DNA from: Guillardia theta CCMP2712
Lineage: Eukaryota; Protista; Cryptophyta
Length of the DNA stretch: 64,000 nt
Assembly (NCBI RefSeq): GCF_000315625.1
Contig: NW_005434629.1
Location: 62,001 to 126,000, forward strand
Direction: 5' to 3'
Below the pieces are notes generated by a model. It was not told the DNA's origin. It saw nothing but the letters and a program-made list of their open reading frames with translations, and did no database searches. Below are positions 1-17,556 of this stretch, in pieces; the stretch's first letter is position 1; each line of letters opens with the position of its first letter. A program made the position numbers and the translations under genes.

Positions 1-139
1 GCCAGCCGGGCTAGTCACTGAGTGGGACAGCCTGACGGTGACTCAGTCGGCCCGGCCCCGGCCCCGGGCCCCGGCCCGCGGCGGGGCCCGGCATCGGATG
101 ACTCCACCGTCTCGGATCGAGTCACAACAAGGACCACGT

Positions 140-1370
140 ATGATGGTAGACCATCGAGTCAACACCATGGCCGCCATGGCAGGAAGGTAGGGCATGTGCC
201 ACGAGGGATAAAACGAGACGAGGAAGCAGAGGGGATGGACGTTGATGTGTTCTTCATGCTGCTGTGACGTTCATGTGAGATCCGTGCTAGCTGGTAGCTC
301 TGACAAGACGATTTCAAGGTTCTTGGGTAGCACGGTCTTGGTTTCTATGCTGGGTATCGCGTCAACTTTCTCGCCTTCGTCCTTGAGCGGGTTGGCGCTG
401 AGGGGAGGTAGACCTGATCTCTTGATCCGTGCTCGAGAGAGTAAAGACTGGGGTCTTAACTCTGTTTTCAGCATCCTCCACAAGCACAACGTACGCGTCA
501 AGACTCTCGGTAGCTACGAGCACTTGGAAAGGAGCGGGTTGCGGTGACGGCTAACATGCGCTCTAGCAGGCGAGATTGCGGACAGGCAACATCTCGTTGA
601 ATATGTGCAAGAAGGAACTCACAGATAAAGGTATGATGGCATGAAGGATCAGAAACCAGAAACGTGAAGCATTTTTTTTCGTACACGAAGAGAGGGAAGA
701 GTACGAGAAGCTGTTGGAGGAAGCAAAGAGAATTCAAGGAACCTTTAATGCCATGATCGGAAACGCTTTTGCAGGACAGGTCTGTGCATAATCCTCCTCT
801 CTCCTCTCTCCTCTCTCCTCCCTCCTCTCTCCTGCCTCCTGCCTCCTTTCTCCTTGTCCAGTCTTAACTCATCAGTTCTTCATGATTCTCCGAATGGCAG
901 CCCGAGCCTGAGCCTGAGCCCGAGCAGCAGGAGCCAGTGCAGGTACTACGATAAGGATCTGCAGCCAACATCTCATACTGCATTCCCTCCAGCAAAAGAA
1001 AGGGTTCGATATCCCGATCGAGGAGCCAGCATACGAGGAAGAGTCTCTGTACAGCAAGACATTCTCAGACAGTTGGAGGAGCTAACGGACGGCACGCGGC
1101 AGGTACACCCCTGAGGTCAACACGGAGGAATCAGAGCCGGTGAGGGCAGCAAGTCTCTTCACACCTGCATGTGACCCCCCAGACAGGTGGACTTGTCCAC
1201 CATGACCGATGAGGAAAGAGTAAGAATCCTCGCTCCTCCCCCGCCCTCTTGTGTCTTTGCCGTTGCCTCATTCAGGCCCTTAGGCTGCGTACGAGATGTC
1301 GAGAGCTCAGACCTTGGGAGATGAGGCGTTTGAGGGCTCTGACGCTGCCATCCGGGTACGCCTCCTCCTC
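140..1370 (+). CDS. Hypothetical multi-exon protein with probable plastid-targeting presequence (3' end uncertain; may extend past 2200)
   Basis: Manual splicing gives MAAMAGR|FLGSTVLVSMLGIAST-F-SPSSLSGLALRG|ASSTSTTYASRLSVATSTW: signal peptide, Phe at +1, then a Ser/Thr-rich transit peptide. A later exon reads EEREEYEKLLEEAKRIQGTF. Confidence 0.4.
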
Positions 1371-4300
1371 CTCCTCCTTGAGTCAGCAGTGGTGACAAGA
1401 ATTCGCAGATGGGCGATAAGGCAAGAGCGCTAGAGCTTCACAAGTGACAGAAGGTTGCGAGGATTTCACTCTCACTAACTAGATGCAACAGCGAAGCGTA
1501 CGCGATGTACGAGAAGAGCGGAATCTTGTGATCAAGTTGTTTGTCCTTGTCTTCGTCTCTAACAGCTTTCAAAGGCATCCCAACTCCATCTTCCGCCCAT
1601 CCTTCATGGACAGCTTGAAGGATCAACAAGCACGAATTGATAAGATGCCATAGAGATTTGTCCTTGATTCATTTTAGATTACAGAACTCAGGATGAAATA
1701 TCACAAGAACGGTTCATGTCGAAGGAGACACATGACTTTCGAACGCTGTCACTTTGAATCGAAGCCTCCGCATTTGCCGTCCCGCCTGCGCATAGTCGTA
1801 CTGTGAAACATTCCGCGTAGTTTGAATATCAAAAGTCCGTTGGAAACAATAATCAATGTACACATCAGATCCTTTCAGTGATTTCATGTAGGCTGGATTT
1901 GTCCGACTGCAGAATCCTCACAACCCCCGTTCGTCCTAATGTCCAGTGTCAGCAAGCTCAACTCTCAGTCATCGAATGGATTACCTGGGATCTCCTTGTC
2001 CTTGTACATGTCTTCGGAATGGCGGAGAGGAAGTGCCTGAATGGGTTGAGTCTCGCAAACGCTTCTTAGACGCGAAAACTCACCAGATGAAGGATGGTAC
2101 GGATCTGGAGATGGATGACGTAATAGAGTGGGTATACGATCCTACAGTTACAAGTGAATTGAAGAGTTCAGAATCCGCAGGCTTCCAACCTGTTCATCTA
2201 CTCTGACTTCTTCTTCTTCTCTCAATTCTTGGACTCTCGGTATCTTTCTCTGCAGCACATGAATCACGACCAAGTGACAAGTTTCAGCAACCAACCTGAA
2301 GGTTACGATTCGATGAAGATCCAGGTGGCACTGAGGGGAGCGCTGCTTCTAGTCCCGACAACCAATTTTCTCCCGGATCATACCTCCCACTACCCTGCTC
2401 TGCCTCGAAGTTGTTGTAATACAGTTCTCTCCTTCGAGCTGCAACGAACCCTTCATCCGATGCCTGAGGGACAAGGGGACAAGGATTTAAACGAATCCAC
2501 ACATCCTTTCGCATACCTCTATGTGCGAGGAAGGACTTACATCCATATCACGTGAGCTTCGGTTTGAAAACGCCTAGGTCGCATGTTAGGACTTTTCCAG
2601 AGTAAAGGCAGCTTCATTTTAATAAGCACCTCGTCCATGAAGTCTTCGCAATCTTGCATCTCGTTCGTATGCTCTTTTCCTTCAGTCTAGCAGGTATGAT
2701 TCAGTGGCGTGCACGGGCAACAAGGCACTGTACACACCATGCTGCTGTGTTGTGTGGCATTCATACTCGAGTCGCTGGACATCATTGTAGCCTCCAATGC
2801 GCCTCGCTGTTTCAGCATCCTCTCATTCATGTCTAGGGTTGTCATGCCCAGGACAAGTCCAGATCTTGTTGTGATCCCTTGAGTCTCAACCACCCCGCCA
2901 ACCATCGTTTTTCCTTGATTCTCCTCCCGTCCACCCCCCCCTCGCGAATGTGAACCTGACGCGGAAATCTTTTCAATCAAGTGATGAGAACCGGATCTGC
3001 AGGGGAACATGTCAGTCCCCTTATTCTCATCAGAAAGGCGACGAACCCTTCTCTCAGATTAATCTTACGAGGCCGCGTCCAGGAAAAAATCGAGGGATGC
3101 CATGTTTGCTCTGAAGTCTCACCCTGTAACAGTTCGGATGTTAGCAGCAGTAATCAGAAAATCCAAACAACTCCGTACTTGTAACCTACATATCTGTAAT
3201 CTCTACTCAGTACCCTGCTCAGTACCTTTCCCTCCATAATCTCACTCATGCTACAGGAGAAACAATCTTGCCGATGATGAGGGTAGTAACAATCTAAAGG
3301 GATTCGGAAGATGGCAGGTTGACCAAGAAAGAAATAATTTGTAAAAATCAAGCCGGTGCCTTCTACCAGAATACATCTTCGTTCGTATTGTAGGACGAAA
3401 TGATATACACAATGGCAAGCACATACAACACAGAACCCCATTAAATCTATTTCAGACACGAGAGTTGCATGAAAGTCTGGATTCATAGACAAAGAAAGTG
3501 CAGACCAGTTACTGAAAACGAGAAGCAACGAACATGTATAGGGTAACGTTTTAGAAGAGAAATTATCAAACAGCTTCGTCCATTTCCAACTGCTCTGCCT
3601 TCACAAGCATCTTTGGTCAACGATTCTCAACAACCTCAATCATGTCAGTCTAGAACTATCGACAGGAAAACAAGAGACACATGAGACATTCGCCATCATA
3701 AAGAGATCCATTGACTGTCTCATACTTTCTTCTAGTCAGAATCTATCCAACCAACATTATTTCTTTTCCGCGACTTCAATCGCTCCCTCTCATCCCTTCA
3801 ACTGCTTCCGAAGACTCTCCGTCTTGACTTCATCGCAGGCATTCTAGCCCTTGAATCATCGCAGAACGACACCTCCAGGCACTCATCCCTTTCCTTCAGT
3901 AACAACCATGCGTCAACCATCTCCTTCCCCCCACTGCCTCCTTCCCGTCCGCCCACTTCCCCCCTCCTCTCGCCCGTCCTCCGGCATCCTCGGGGACAAA
4001 CTTGAGTGGAGCCGCCGGCGGAGAAGAGGGGGTCAGCCTCCTTTACCGAGGGGGGTACATCCACCCACCCCGGGTCTTCGGCTACCCCATGCTCTCCCGG
4101 TATCAGAGTATGATTTGATCAGTTGACTAAAGATAAGTGACTAAAATGTGTTGAGATTGCTTTTTAGAGGCGCGTATTTTTAAACCGGTAAATATTGTAC
4201 TAGAATTATTTCGAAAGGACTATTTTTCGTGATTTTTTTCATTGAATAATAGACTTTTCGGTTTAAAACAACAAGAAGCAGAATTTTTGCCCCGGAAAGT

Positions 4301-5740
4301 ACCACTCCAAAAATAGAAGTAATTGCAAGCAAACCCGCCTCAGACAATCGGGAGGACCCCCATCGGGAAATCTCTCCCTTGGCGAGGAAACCCCTACCCC
4401 AGTCCTCTGCCTGAAGCTACCTACTTTTAAAGAATTTTAAAATAAAGAAGAGTATTTTAATAATTGTACCTATACAATAGAGACTAGAGCAATTGCTTTG
4501 TACCTTTTTCGTAGATATTCATTTAAATATAAACTTTTGAAGGGGGCAGAGCCATACAAACAACAAACCTTTAAAAACATTTCTCAATACAAAACTCTGT
4601 GCATTTCAGTATACTTCAAACGATGCTAGATATATAATATGCTTTGTATAATGAGACGACTTTTAATTTGTACCATTTTGTGCATACTATATTATATAAG
4701 TTTTAGGCCCAACATTTCCTCGGATCGTCGGGCAAACGGGAATAAAAGTATTATTACTTTTTAGGAATGAAGGAATAGCGGCGAGCGGCAAACGAGCGGC
4801 AATGGATGGGAGGGGGTGGGAGGAGAGAGAGAAAGAGAATGTTTTGATGAGATCCAATCCAATGTTTTCCATCTGATCCTACCACGAGTGGTCTTGTAAA
4901 TCTTGCCGGTTTCAAAAGGATGTTCCGTATCCGGCCTTCGAGAATCATCTTGTGGAGGCCTATCAGGCCCAAGGGATCAGTAATCGATTATTACAGAAAC
5001 AGGGATCTGTGAACGATTTGCTTAGTGTACATGACTATGTGATGATTAGGCAAGACGCTAATGCTTTTCTTCAAAAGGTGTTTGTGGTACGAATGGATGT
5101 ATATGTTTTCAGAAATCCAGGGGACCTAGAATGCTGTCCGATATCCGTTGTTGAATCATATTCATAATGACTCTGGTCGTCAAGCATGCTACATAATCAA
5201 TCTGATCTCAGCGAAGGGCCGCAGCAGGAATGTGTCGACAACATGATCCGGTCGGAACCAAAATAGATGCCATTGAAATAAAGAACTTCTTTGAGGCAGA
5301 GCCATGAAAATGAACGAAAAGATTTGCATTCCTTTTGATGTAGGACGGGGGGAAGATGCGGTTAGTTGGGAGGGAGGGAGGGAGGGAGGGAGAGGGAGGG
5401 GGAGGGGGAGAGGAAGGGAGAGGTTCCACGCGGTTGGGGCAAGGAAGAGGTGCGATGCAGTTTTAATGGGCATTGAAACAAATGACACATTCCTAAACAG
5501 CATTGTAGACGACATCTGAAACCTCTTGTAGAAAAGTTTCTAAAAGATGATGAACAGGCCAAGCTGGGAGGAAGAAACAATGTCAAACGAGAAGGCTGCT
5601 GGGTAGTGGATACACCTTCAGAAGGCGGATTCTTCTCCTCCTTGTAGAAAAAGTTTCTCCTCTCGCCAATGGTCTCCAGCAACTTGTCCTGCAGCTCAGC
5701 ACCAGATGTAACTTCTTCCAGAAGATGCTGTCAGGGAATG

Positions 5741-7250
5741 TCAGAAAAAACAGCAGAGAGTCATCATGGGGTACATGATTGGAGACGCTGAAGAGCCTGG
5801 ACATTTCATGCAACCTCCTGGAATGGTTCTTAATCTCTTGGGTGTACTCTTCGATTCTCTGCGGGTATAGCTCAGTGCAGACGGTGACGCGCTAGCGAAA
5901 GAGACCTCGAGGTGCTCGAGCGCCTCCACTTGAAGCTCGCTCGTTAGCCTCTCACACCCTCTCAGCTTCGCTTCCGCGTGCTCCAATTTCAGCATCAAGG
6001 GGCTCAGGATCCTGACCAGCGTGCTTCGGGGATCAGAGGAGAGAAGGAGGTTCCAACAAGCAGCTGTGTCTCTCCGCCATCTCCTCAGAGTCTCGTTCCA
6101 TCGGCTATCCATGTCGCCCGCGGGAAGCATGGTCCTCTGTGCAGTCTTGATGGTCTCACCGAGGATGCAGCCGACTTGATGTAACTTGTCTGTCTGCATG
6201 TAGTTGGTGCTGCTGCTACAAGACTCTCCTTTACTGCATCTCAAGGTTTGTGAAGGAGCAGAGACGGAGACGTCCTGAGATATCATCAGAACCTTGTCGT
6301 GTGTGGTTCTTCTTACTTCCATGAAGGCCTTGTGATCGCTGAGCGCAGCTATCGCATGCTTCCAGAAGAGCAAAACCTGTAAAGAACTGTGAGGAGGCCG
6401 ATGAGGAAGTGGGAAGAAGAAACGGGAGATGGGGAAAGGTAGGGAGGGGGGAAGAGAAGCATTGTCAGAGGGAGGAAGGAAGGGAGGGAGGGAGCGGACG
6501 AGCGAGGGATGCAGGGAGGGATCGATGGAGGGAGGGACCTGTTGGAGGAGAAAGGAGAGAACGGAGGGAGGAGCATAAGAGGAAACTTACCACTTCGTTT
6601 TGGAGAAGGCAAGACGACTCGCAGTCATGCTGCTTTCGTGAGAGAAGGCCGAGCATGTAGGACAAGAGGACTGAAAGGATGAGGAGGAGGCAAAGAGCCA
6701 TGTCCTTAGAGGACATCTTGCATGCCATCGATGTTGATAGAGAGCAGCAGCGTTCATGACAACACTCCGAGCACAACGGAGGTCCTTCCCCCGCCATGAT
6801 CAGTGTACGAGTACATCCCTTCGACTGGCTCGTCCCTGGGCAGAAGGTTGTCTCCCTCTTTCACAAGGTTGGATGAGGATGGGACGAGGAAACAGAGGAG
6901 TGAGAGGAGATAGCGGAGGAGGAGTGATGAGGAGGTGAGAGGAGGTAGCGGAGGAGGAGCGTTGAGGGAGCTCAAGATGTCAAAAGTCACAACAACTGCT
7001 CCTTGTTCCCTCCGAGCATGCCCGTACGACTTGATTGAGCTGGGGGGTACGAGGAAGGAATATGTCCTGAGGCGGTGGATCGGGTAGGGCCAGGAGAAAA
7101 CGGTAGTCCGGCAGGGAGGAGTGGATTGTGGGTGCGAGCAAGGAGAAGGGGGAAGGGAGGCTGTTGTGCAAGTGTGTTGATGGCTCAGCACCGGCAGTCA
7201 GGCAGGCAGATGAGTAGACGGTTGTTGTTCAGCTAGAATGAGCTCATCTT
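5741..7250 (-). CDS. Hypothetical multi-exon protein (boundaries approximate)
   Basis: 210-aa ORF 5741-6373 with protein-like composition; upstream segments are separated by pyrimidine-rich intron-like tracts. No recognisable motif. Confidence 0.3.
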
Positions 7251-7399
7251 GTCTCTCTTGTAGATTTAGCTAAAATCGAGCATGAACACAAGAGCAACAA
7301 ACTCACCACCCTCCCTCCTGATGATCCCTTCATCACCCAAATCATACTCCACCACACCACCTCTGACGGCTACTGACGGCCTGACAAGCTCGGCGGCCA

Positions 7400-10500
<3,101 letters not shown>

Positions 10501-13500
10501 CATTATCAGCAGCGATCAGGTCGACATCAACACGCCATCACATCGGTTTTGCTCCATGAGGCCGGATGCTGAAAGGGCGAAGACAAGACGAGGACGGACG
10601 TTGCAACCTTGAGACCCCTCAGACAACTTGTCCTGAGGTGTGTGATGGTACAACCTGAATGACGTGCTGGAAAGTCTGTACGAAAGAGAGAAGCGCAGGT
10701 ACAGGACAAGCATAGCAAGTAACTTGCAACAAATTCAGGAGCATCGAAACTTCGCCTGTAAGGCTGAAATACCGATACTAGTGATCGCTGATACGCCATG
10801 CAAGAGACCTGACTTGGCGCTTTCCTGTATCAATTTGACACATTGAGTCGTCAGATCCAAATCTCAAGAATCTAATGGAAGATAGGAGGAAAGCATGTCA
10901 AGAGGCTCAATCTGCTAAACCGAACAGGAAGACAAAAAATCAATGATGACGAGGGGCAAGGGGCAGGAAAGCTTTGGATGAGAAGCAAGAAATGGAGGAG
11001 GAGCGGGGAGGGGGGGGGGGGGTGGACTGAGGCTGCAAGCAGCAAACAGGATATAGGGTAGCAAGAGAAGAGGGAAGAGTCGAGGGCTGAGGGAGCAGGG
11101 AGCAGGGAGCAGAGTTGACTGGAACGATGGGCGGTTCTTCTGTGCTCCCATCTGCATACAGAAAAATCGCTAGTCGAGGGAAATCCAAAGGAATATGGAT
11201 AGACTTAGCAAGCCCGCCCCAGAGACGAAGCTCGACGAGGCAAGAGGCAGCAAACATCTCTAGAGCTCTTCGGTATGATTCTCAGTGGTGGCGCTGAACG
11301 ACTTTGGGCTGCTAAAGGCTGGCATGCGACACGCCGGGCCCGCCGGTGAAGGCAGCCCGACAGTCACCTTTGACCCCTCAAGCCTGTCGGACATGCCGTT
11401 CACAAGGCCATATGCAGGCTCTAGCAAAATTGGTCTTTTTTTTCTCCTTGGGAAGGGGTTCATATATACACTTCCATTCAGCTACCCCGGTTTTTGCTCT
11501 ATTACTGGGGGGTAGTGAGACAGGGATAAAGTAGGGTGGGGTGATTTGAATTATACTGGCGTGGTACCCTGTCCCCCGCCTTACTTTTTGAAGCACTTCA
11601 TTTTAATTGTTTAGTCAGCGCTTCAATCGTACACATCTATGTACGGATGAAGTGCCTCTGGTACAGTCTGTACTATTCTTTTAAAGTGGTTTCGACAGGC
11701 GTCTCGAATAAGCCTCCACCCTAGTGACTTCCTTTGTCTGGAGGGGTAGAGGACCGAAAGATTCTCTCATACCCGTGCATTTCACTGTATCACGGTACGT
11801 GGGGGTGCTAATGGAAAAGAAGGCATTTCGATTGCCGTTTGAGCTCACCACGCCAATACCCCCGGTTCCCCTTCATCACCTTTACGAAAGGCGGGGTGGG
11901 TAGCTAGCAAAGAATACAAAACTACCCTTTGATTCAAGAGTTTGAAATTGGGAAATAGGGGGTAGGGTGCTATCTCCACTCTCCTCTCCCCAAATCCCCC
12001 CTCCCTGGGCAAGCAAGAGATGGCTGCTTGATCCTTCACCCGCATGCAACGACAAGTCATCATGGTGAGAGGCTTCGAATCTATTGCTGCTTGAATGTGG
12101 ATGAGAATTTAATCGTCTAATGTATCCATGTAGATAGACTAAGACCTTTTCTTAGTCTCTGACTTTGAAAGAAAGTTTTGAATTCCGCTTCTCTTACATG
12201 ACTGCATGACAGAGAAAGCTGTCTAGGAATGAAGATGTCTTTAGAATACATTGAAAAAGATGAATACACCTTTTCTGCTCTCTTATTCGTTGTTTCAAGC
12301 ATGAGAGCCGTATGTATGAGGATTCAGAGAGGAAGTATGGTTTACAATGCTGCACCATCAGTTTGCAAATGAGGTGCTTTCATGCACTCCAATCTTGCAA
12401 ATATGCTAGAAAAATTCAAGTAATTGCAGTTCAGATCCTCAAAAGCAACATCTTCACATTATTTCTGCTTGAGCATGCATTCAAGATGCTCAAGGATCAA
12501 CATGCTCCACGTAGCTGTGGCGACATGGAAAGTCTGTTTCAACCACAGGATGAGAATCCTACAGCAATCAATGTGGCTTACTAGAGCTACAAGCATACAT
12601 TGTGCATAATTAGGTTTATTTGCAACTTTTTGATGTATCTCTGCTATGCAGGCACAACGAAGAAACCAATGTGAGGCTTATTGTGCTGACCATTGAACAT
12701 GTATTTGATGCTACTTGCGGTTGTCATTGTAATGAGATTATTGCAAAGAATGATACCTCATGAATGTATAAAGATTTCTGCAATCAGATCACTACCACTT
12801 TTGATGTCGATCCCAAGCTTACAGTGAGTCGGAATGGTCTACAGGGGAAGCGATGTTTTCATCATCATTCAACCCCTGCATGCATTCTGCATTTATGTGA
12901 AATGAAAGAAGATACAGAAATGCTCTTTAGCATGGCCTCGAATGCAAGACTGAGATCACTTTATTTCACAATAGAACAAATAATACATGTGTGCATACTG
13001 TGTTGACGGTTCAAATGTCCGACATCACAGCTAGATGAACGCTCAAAACTAATCCCACGCATCAAGAAATCAACACACTCTGCAAATCTGAGAAGTGGAG
13101 ACTCTCGACGGTGTTCAAGGCTTAAGACGTCTTGATTGCCTCTGGCGGCATCAGTGTTTACATGCAATCAAACATCCTAACTGCAGTAGGCGAAATGCAT
13201 GCAGAAATCTTGTGAAACAATCTATGCAATGCTTGATGTCTAATATAACAAGTGAGCTTGACTAATTACGTGGATCTGCAAAATGATGCAATCTCCATCA
13301 AACAAATCTTCAAGGCATCGCATGTGGAAAATATGCAATTCAAAAATCATTCATCACAGGGAAGTATCTTATGATTATTCTGCCATAAGGTTGGTGTCAA
13401 GTCAAAATGACAAGCGATCTCCTACACTGGATTCAAACCTCATGTTTTCATCATCTTGTTCTTCATAATAACCTTTTGAACCATGGATCTCACAACGCCA

Positions 13501-15233
13501 TTGCTGCACACTGTGTTGTCACCGAACGCATCACCACGAACCTAGCGGTCTCAGGTCTCAAACTGTGCTGACTAGAGAGCTTCAAACCTAACAAAGCCTT
13601 GCATGCTGAGATCTGATGCTGGCTACAGCAGCGGATGGTCTTACAGCGGCATCGTTGGAGGAGCAGCTTTGGTGCTACGTGCCGGCGTGTAGGGGAGACA
13701 TGAGTCGGGCGTGTACGATGTTGAAAACATTTCAACCCTCTGAAATGAAAGTTAAAATACATGTAAAGGCCTAGCAGAAATGATAACTAAACTGCACTGG
13801 TACTCTTTGGAGGTATCTCTTGCTGCCGTTGAAAACTTGTTTGAATTCACACGCCACCCCAAAAAAAACTTTCTCGAAAAGAAGAGTGGAAATTAACGAA
13901 AGGGCTAAAAGTGAACGGCATGGGTCTCAAGGCGGCTGCTGACGTCAGCACGTCCCTCGGAGTTTCACAGCGTATTCGTTGCACCCTGTGGTAAAGAGTC
14001 TTATCTCTACCTGTGTACCTCCCCGACGACTCCAGGGGACGCCTGGCAAGATTGGGAGGGGGGGATGAATCTAGCCCTTGCGACCTCGAAGTTTCTCGCC
14101 ATCCCTCCGAGGCTCCCTTGCTTTTGCTGCCTGCTCTTGTTGTCAGCCTCGTCTCTTGCTGTAACAGTCGTCGCTCAGCTTATATCTTCTCAATCCCTCT
14201 GGATTGCTGCAATGTACCCAATAATCGCATGTTGTCGCTTCGTTTTATGTCTGAACCTCATTTGCTTGGCATATGCGATACTTTGATGAATCAACACCTC
14301 AAGATTTTATTCTGAATTTAACAAAGTATACGAGATCCACCCTTCACTGAGATGCGCCTTGATCAAGATTGCTTGTCGTCAACAGAGAATAGAGAAGGAA
14401 GGATCACCTCGAGATACCTCGAGCAGTGTACATGGTTCTGCACATGCATTTTATGTAGCAGGGTTGTTTTGATTTTGTATGTATGTTTATATTTCTTCAG
14501 CGATAAATGGTCTAGATCGCGAATTGTACATTGAAACAATAAAAAAGATCAACAAAGAAAAAATTCTAAAAACAAATCGCCACTCTCCAAATCCATTTCA
14601 TATGACGATTAAAAATTCAACGAAGATCAGAATGGGTTGGAATCTATCAGAGCTCTGCGAAGGTGAGCTCAAGCCTCCGCAGGAAGGAAGTTTATTGAGC
14701 AGGCAGAGTGGGCAGCAAGAGAAGCTATGGTTTTCTCTTGCATCCACGTAGGCAGCAGGGCTCTAACGGCTACCGGCTCTGGAGTAAGATTCCTTTTGGG
14801 CGATACTGGTGTTATCTCTTACACTGGTACGATTGGCTGAACCTTGAGGAGGAGCAGGCAACGGGTATGATTGGACACACGAGGCATGTTCGCCTTCGGG
14901 TCAGGAGCCTGAGGACCCCTTGTGGTTCCCCTCCACTGTTGAAAAATAATCAAAAACTGCTGAGGAGCTCTTTCCTTTCCTTGCTGTGTGTACCATGAAC
15001 CGATAATGTGTTCGTGTTTCTTGTCCAATGGACTTCATAGCTCTACTCTTGACCTTGATTTGTGTTTGATTCAGCGGAGATGCCTTGAGCAGTCTCTGTG
15101 AGAGTTTACAACCCGTAAAGCTTCGGGGTATGACTGGAATTTTCTACAATCTATTCTACCACCACATTTGTCTCGACACAATGAAAAGGATCAATGCTCG
15201 AAAAGAGACTGCAAACAAAAAGGGAAAATCTTT

Positions 15234-15995
15234 TCATGGGTCTTGTATATCAACGTCCTTGTCCTGAGAAAGAAAAAATGCAATTCTATTGGGGCACATC
15301 ATCCATCCATCACGAAATTCTCTCGATCGACTCAGAGTCTCTTGCCCCTGACTCGATTCCTCCTGCTGCGCTGTAGACTCAGATTGTTCTTCCCCTGATT
15401 CCCCAATACATTTCCGTGAAGCTGCTCCTTCCCATGACAACGTCGTGCCTGTAGCTGCACCAACACTAGGGCGATGATCCCTTCCAGCCCCTTGGGGAAC
15501 GCTCCTAAATGAACAGCTCGATCCAGATTCCTGTCGCCCTTCCACTTGGCTGCCTTGATCGTCCGATGTACGGAGCTCTGTGCCGCTGAGAGCCTCATCG
15601 CCATGGTTTGCATCTTCTTCTTCAGCATCTTCAGTCTGAGAATTTTTGCGTTTTCTCCGACCTTGTGTCTGTAGAATCAGCCTCCTACATGAGCAACTTT
15701 GAGACATGGCACCACCCGCATCCAAAGCATGCTTGCAGGATTCACAAAGTTTTCGCACAACACAATACTCATTTTTCTCCTCCTCCGTCCATAGCGTGTG
15801 CGTCGCATGCACCCACGTCCGCTTGTTCCAGATGTCCCTCACTGCCTTGGCTGTTATCCCGTACTGAGCTGCGAGCGCATTGCTTGATTGGGTCGGGGCC
15901 CACTTGTCCAAGGGGCCTGCCTCGGCCTTGTTGGTCTGAGAGAATCGGAAGATCTCTTGAGCGACGGGGATGGTGATAGATGCACGGCCAACCAT
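15234..15995 (-). CDS. Intronless HTH DNA-binding protein, copy A (253 aa)
   Basis: RASITIPVAQEIF...SNALAAQYGITAKAVRDIWNKRTWVH helix-turn-helix, then CxxC...CxC, and a C-terminal RDGWMMCPNRI motif. Paralog at 17557. Confidence 0.8.
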   Translation of the reverse strand: MVGRASITIPVAQEIFRFSQTNKAEAGPLDKWAPTQSSNALAAQYGITAKAVRDIWNKRTWVHATHTLWTEEEKNEYCVVRKLCESCKHALDAGGAMSQSCSCRRLILQTQGRRKRKNSQTEDAEEEDANHGDEALSGTELRTSDDQGSQVEGRQESGSSCSFRSVPQGAGRDHRPSVGAATGTTLSWEGAASRKCIGESGEEQSESTAQQEESSQGQETLSRSREFRDGWMMCPNRIAFFLSQDKDVDIQDP

Positions 15996-17556
15996 GGAAG
16001 TGGTTTATAATTAGTTTCCCTTGGTAAGCCTTTTGAACCTTGCGATCGCGCTTAGCTTCTGCAAGACTTTTGTGTTGAGCTGAACTGTCTCTCTCATATC
16101 TGATTCAACCTTGATCGAAGAGTCTCGTCGAGCGATTAGCGATCTCTTTCCTGCCTTCCGGCTTCTTGTCTCTGTCGTGCGTCCGCTTTCGATTATGAGG
16201 CCTCTTGTCGTCACGAGGCCGATCTGGAGAATTACCAGGCGTCACGCGCCAGTCCGTGACCGGTGGTCTCCGTGTCACTCAAAACCTATAATGCTGACTG
16301 GCACGGAGACCAGCAAGAAGCTCGAACTTACAGCCGTACCGTGACAACCTTTTGGGGTCATGAAAATGCCATGTCACGACCGGGCAGAGGGGATCGGTCT
16401 AAACCGGCAAAAGTGTCTCAGTATGAAAGGAGTGGATGGAAAAGCGAGGTTGAAGATGTAAACAAGAAGAGGAGCTCTCAGCAACTGAATGAGCATAGAT
16501 GTTACCGCAGGGAATGAGTTGAAACCTCGGCTGCAAGAGAGTGCTTGCAATGTAGGGTTTCCGAAGGATCGTGAGATAGCGGTTATAAGAGTTATGATTT
16601 CCCCACAAACTCTGGCTTGCAACAGGTTAACCTGTATGTATGGCTGGATTAGATCATCTAAGCTTCTTGCTACCGAGCACCGAGAAGGCAAAGACTACGC
16701 TCTGTGAAAGAAGCCCCTCGATATGTTTTCTTGATAATTGAGGGTGTAAGGTATCGCATGGCCTTGCAGCCAGGACAGGTAACCTTAGACAGTTTTGAAC
16801 ATGCCGATAACATTATGATTAAACCTGAATTGTCTGTAAACAAATGCGGAATTGATACCACAATTTTGAGGTGATGGTTTGAAATCAAGACGGACGCACA
16901 TTCACCTCACCATGACTCTGATGGGGTCTTTGTTGGAGTCGTTCAGCACTAGGTCGATCGAGCTGATGGAAGAGACCGATGGCAAAAGTACAATTAAAAG
17001 AATTTCTGTAAGCAAAAACAACAGAGAGACAGCCTCAAACTCTACAAGAATCGTTAGTTCAAACTTGTTGACTCCATCCAGCATTTTCGTTTGAGTCCTT
17101 GGACCTGCAGTAAAAGAAGGCTTGAGCTCCTTTACACAGGCTACTATAATTTCTGTATTCAATCAGACCGGGAATGACATTGAACCATATTGAGTTGAAC
17201 ATGGAACCAAAGCTTTGTGAAAGTGATAATGAAACAACAACACAATAATATCAAAAACATTTTATTGCAAAACCAATACAAGAATTCACAATTTGCGATT
17301 CTGTTAACCCATTCAGGGAAATTTTTCAACTAAACAAGTTTTCGAAGGAGCATACATGTAGAGATCACACATTGGGCCCTGAAACATACTTTCGTGGATG
17401 CACACATTGTGAAGCTTGCATGAAATTCTCTTTGACTTCCTTGTCACCCAGCAGAAATTGTTGTCTTCACACAAAGAATGATGTTCTGAAATTCATAGCA
17501 AATCATTGTCATACACAGAGGCTTGAATAGTTGTGACAGTAAGTAAGACTATCGTC

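Noticed and set aside
385-410. LALRGG ubiquitin-like motif in the first gene
   Set aside because: The likely splice converts it to LALRGA.
11640-15000. Many short ORFs in an AT-richer stretch (also 16200-17500, 18300-20600)
   Set aside because: No consistent exon chain or motif could be supported; unrecognised genes cannot be excluded.
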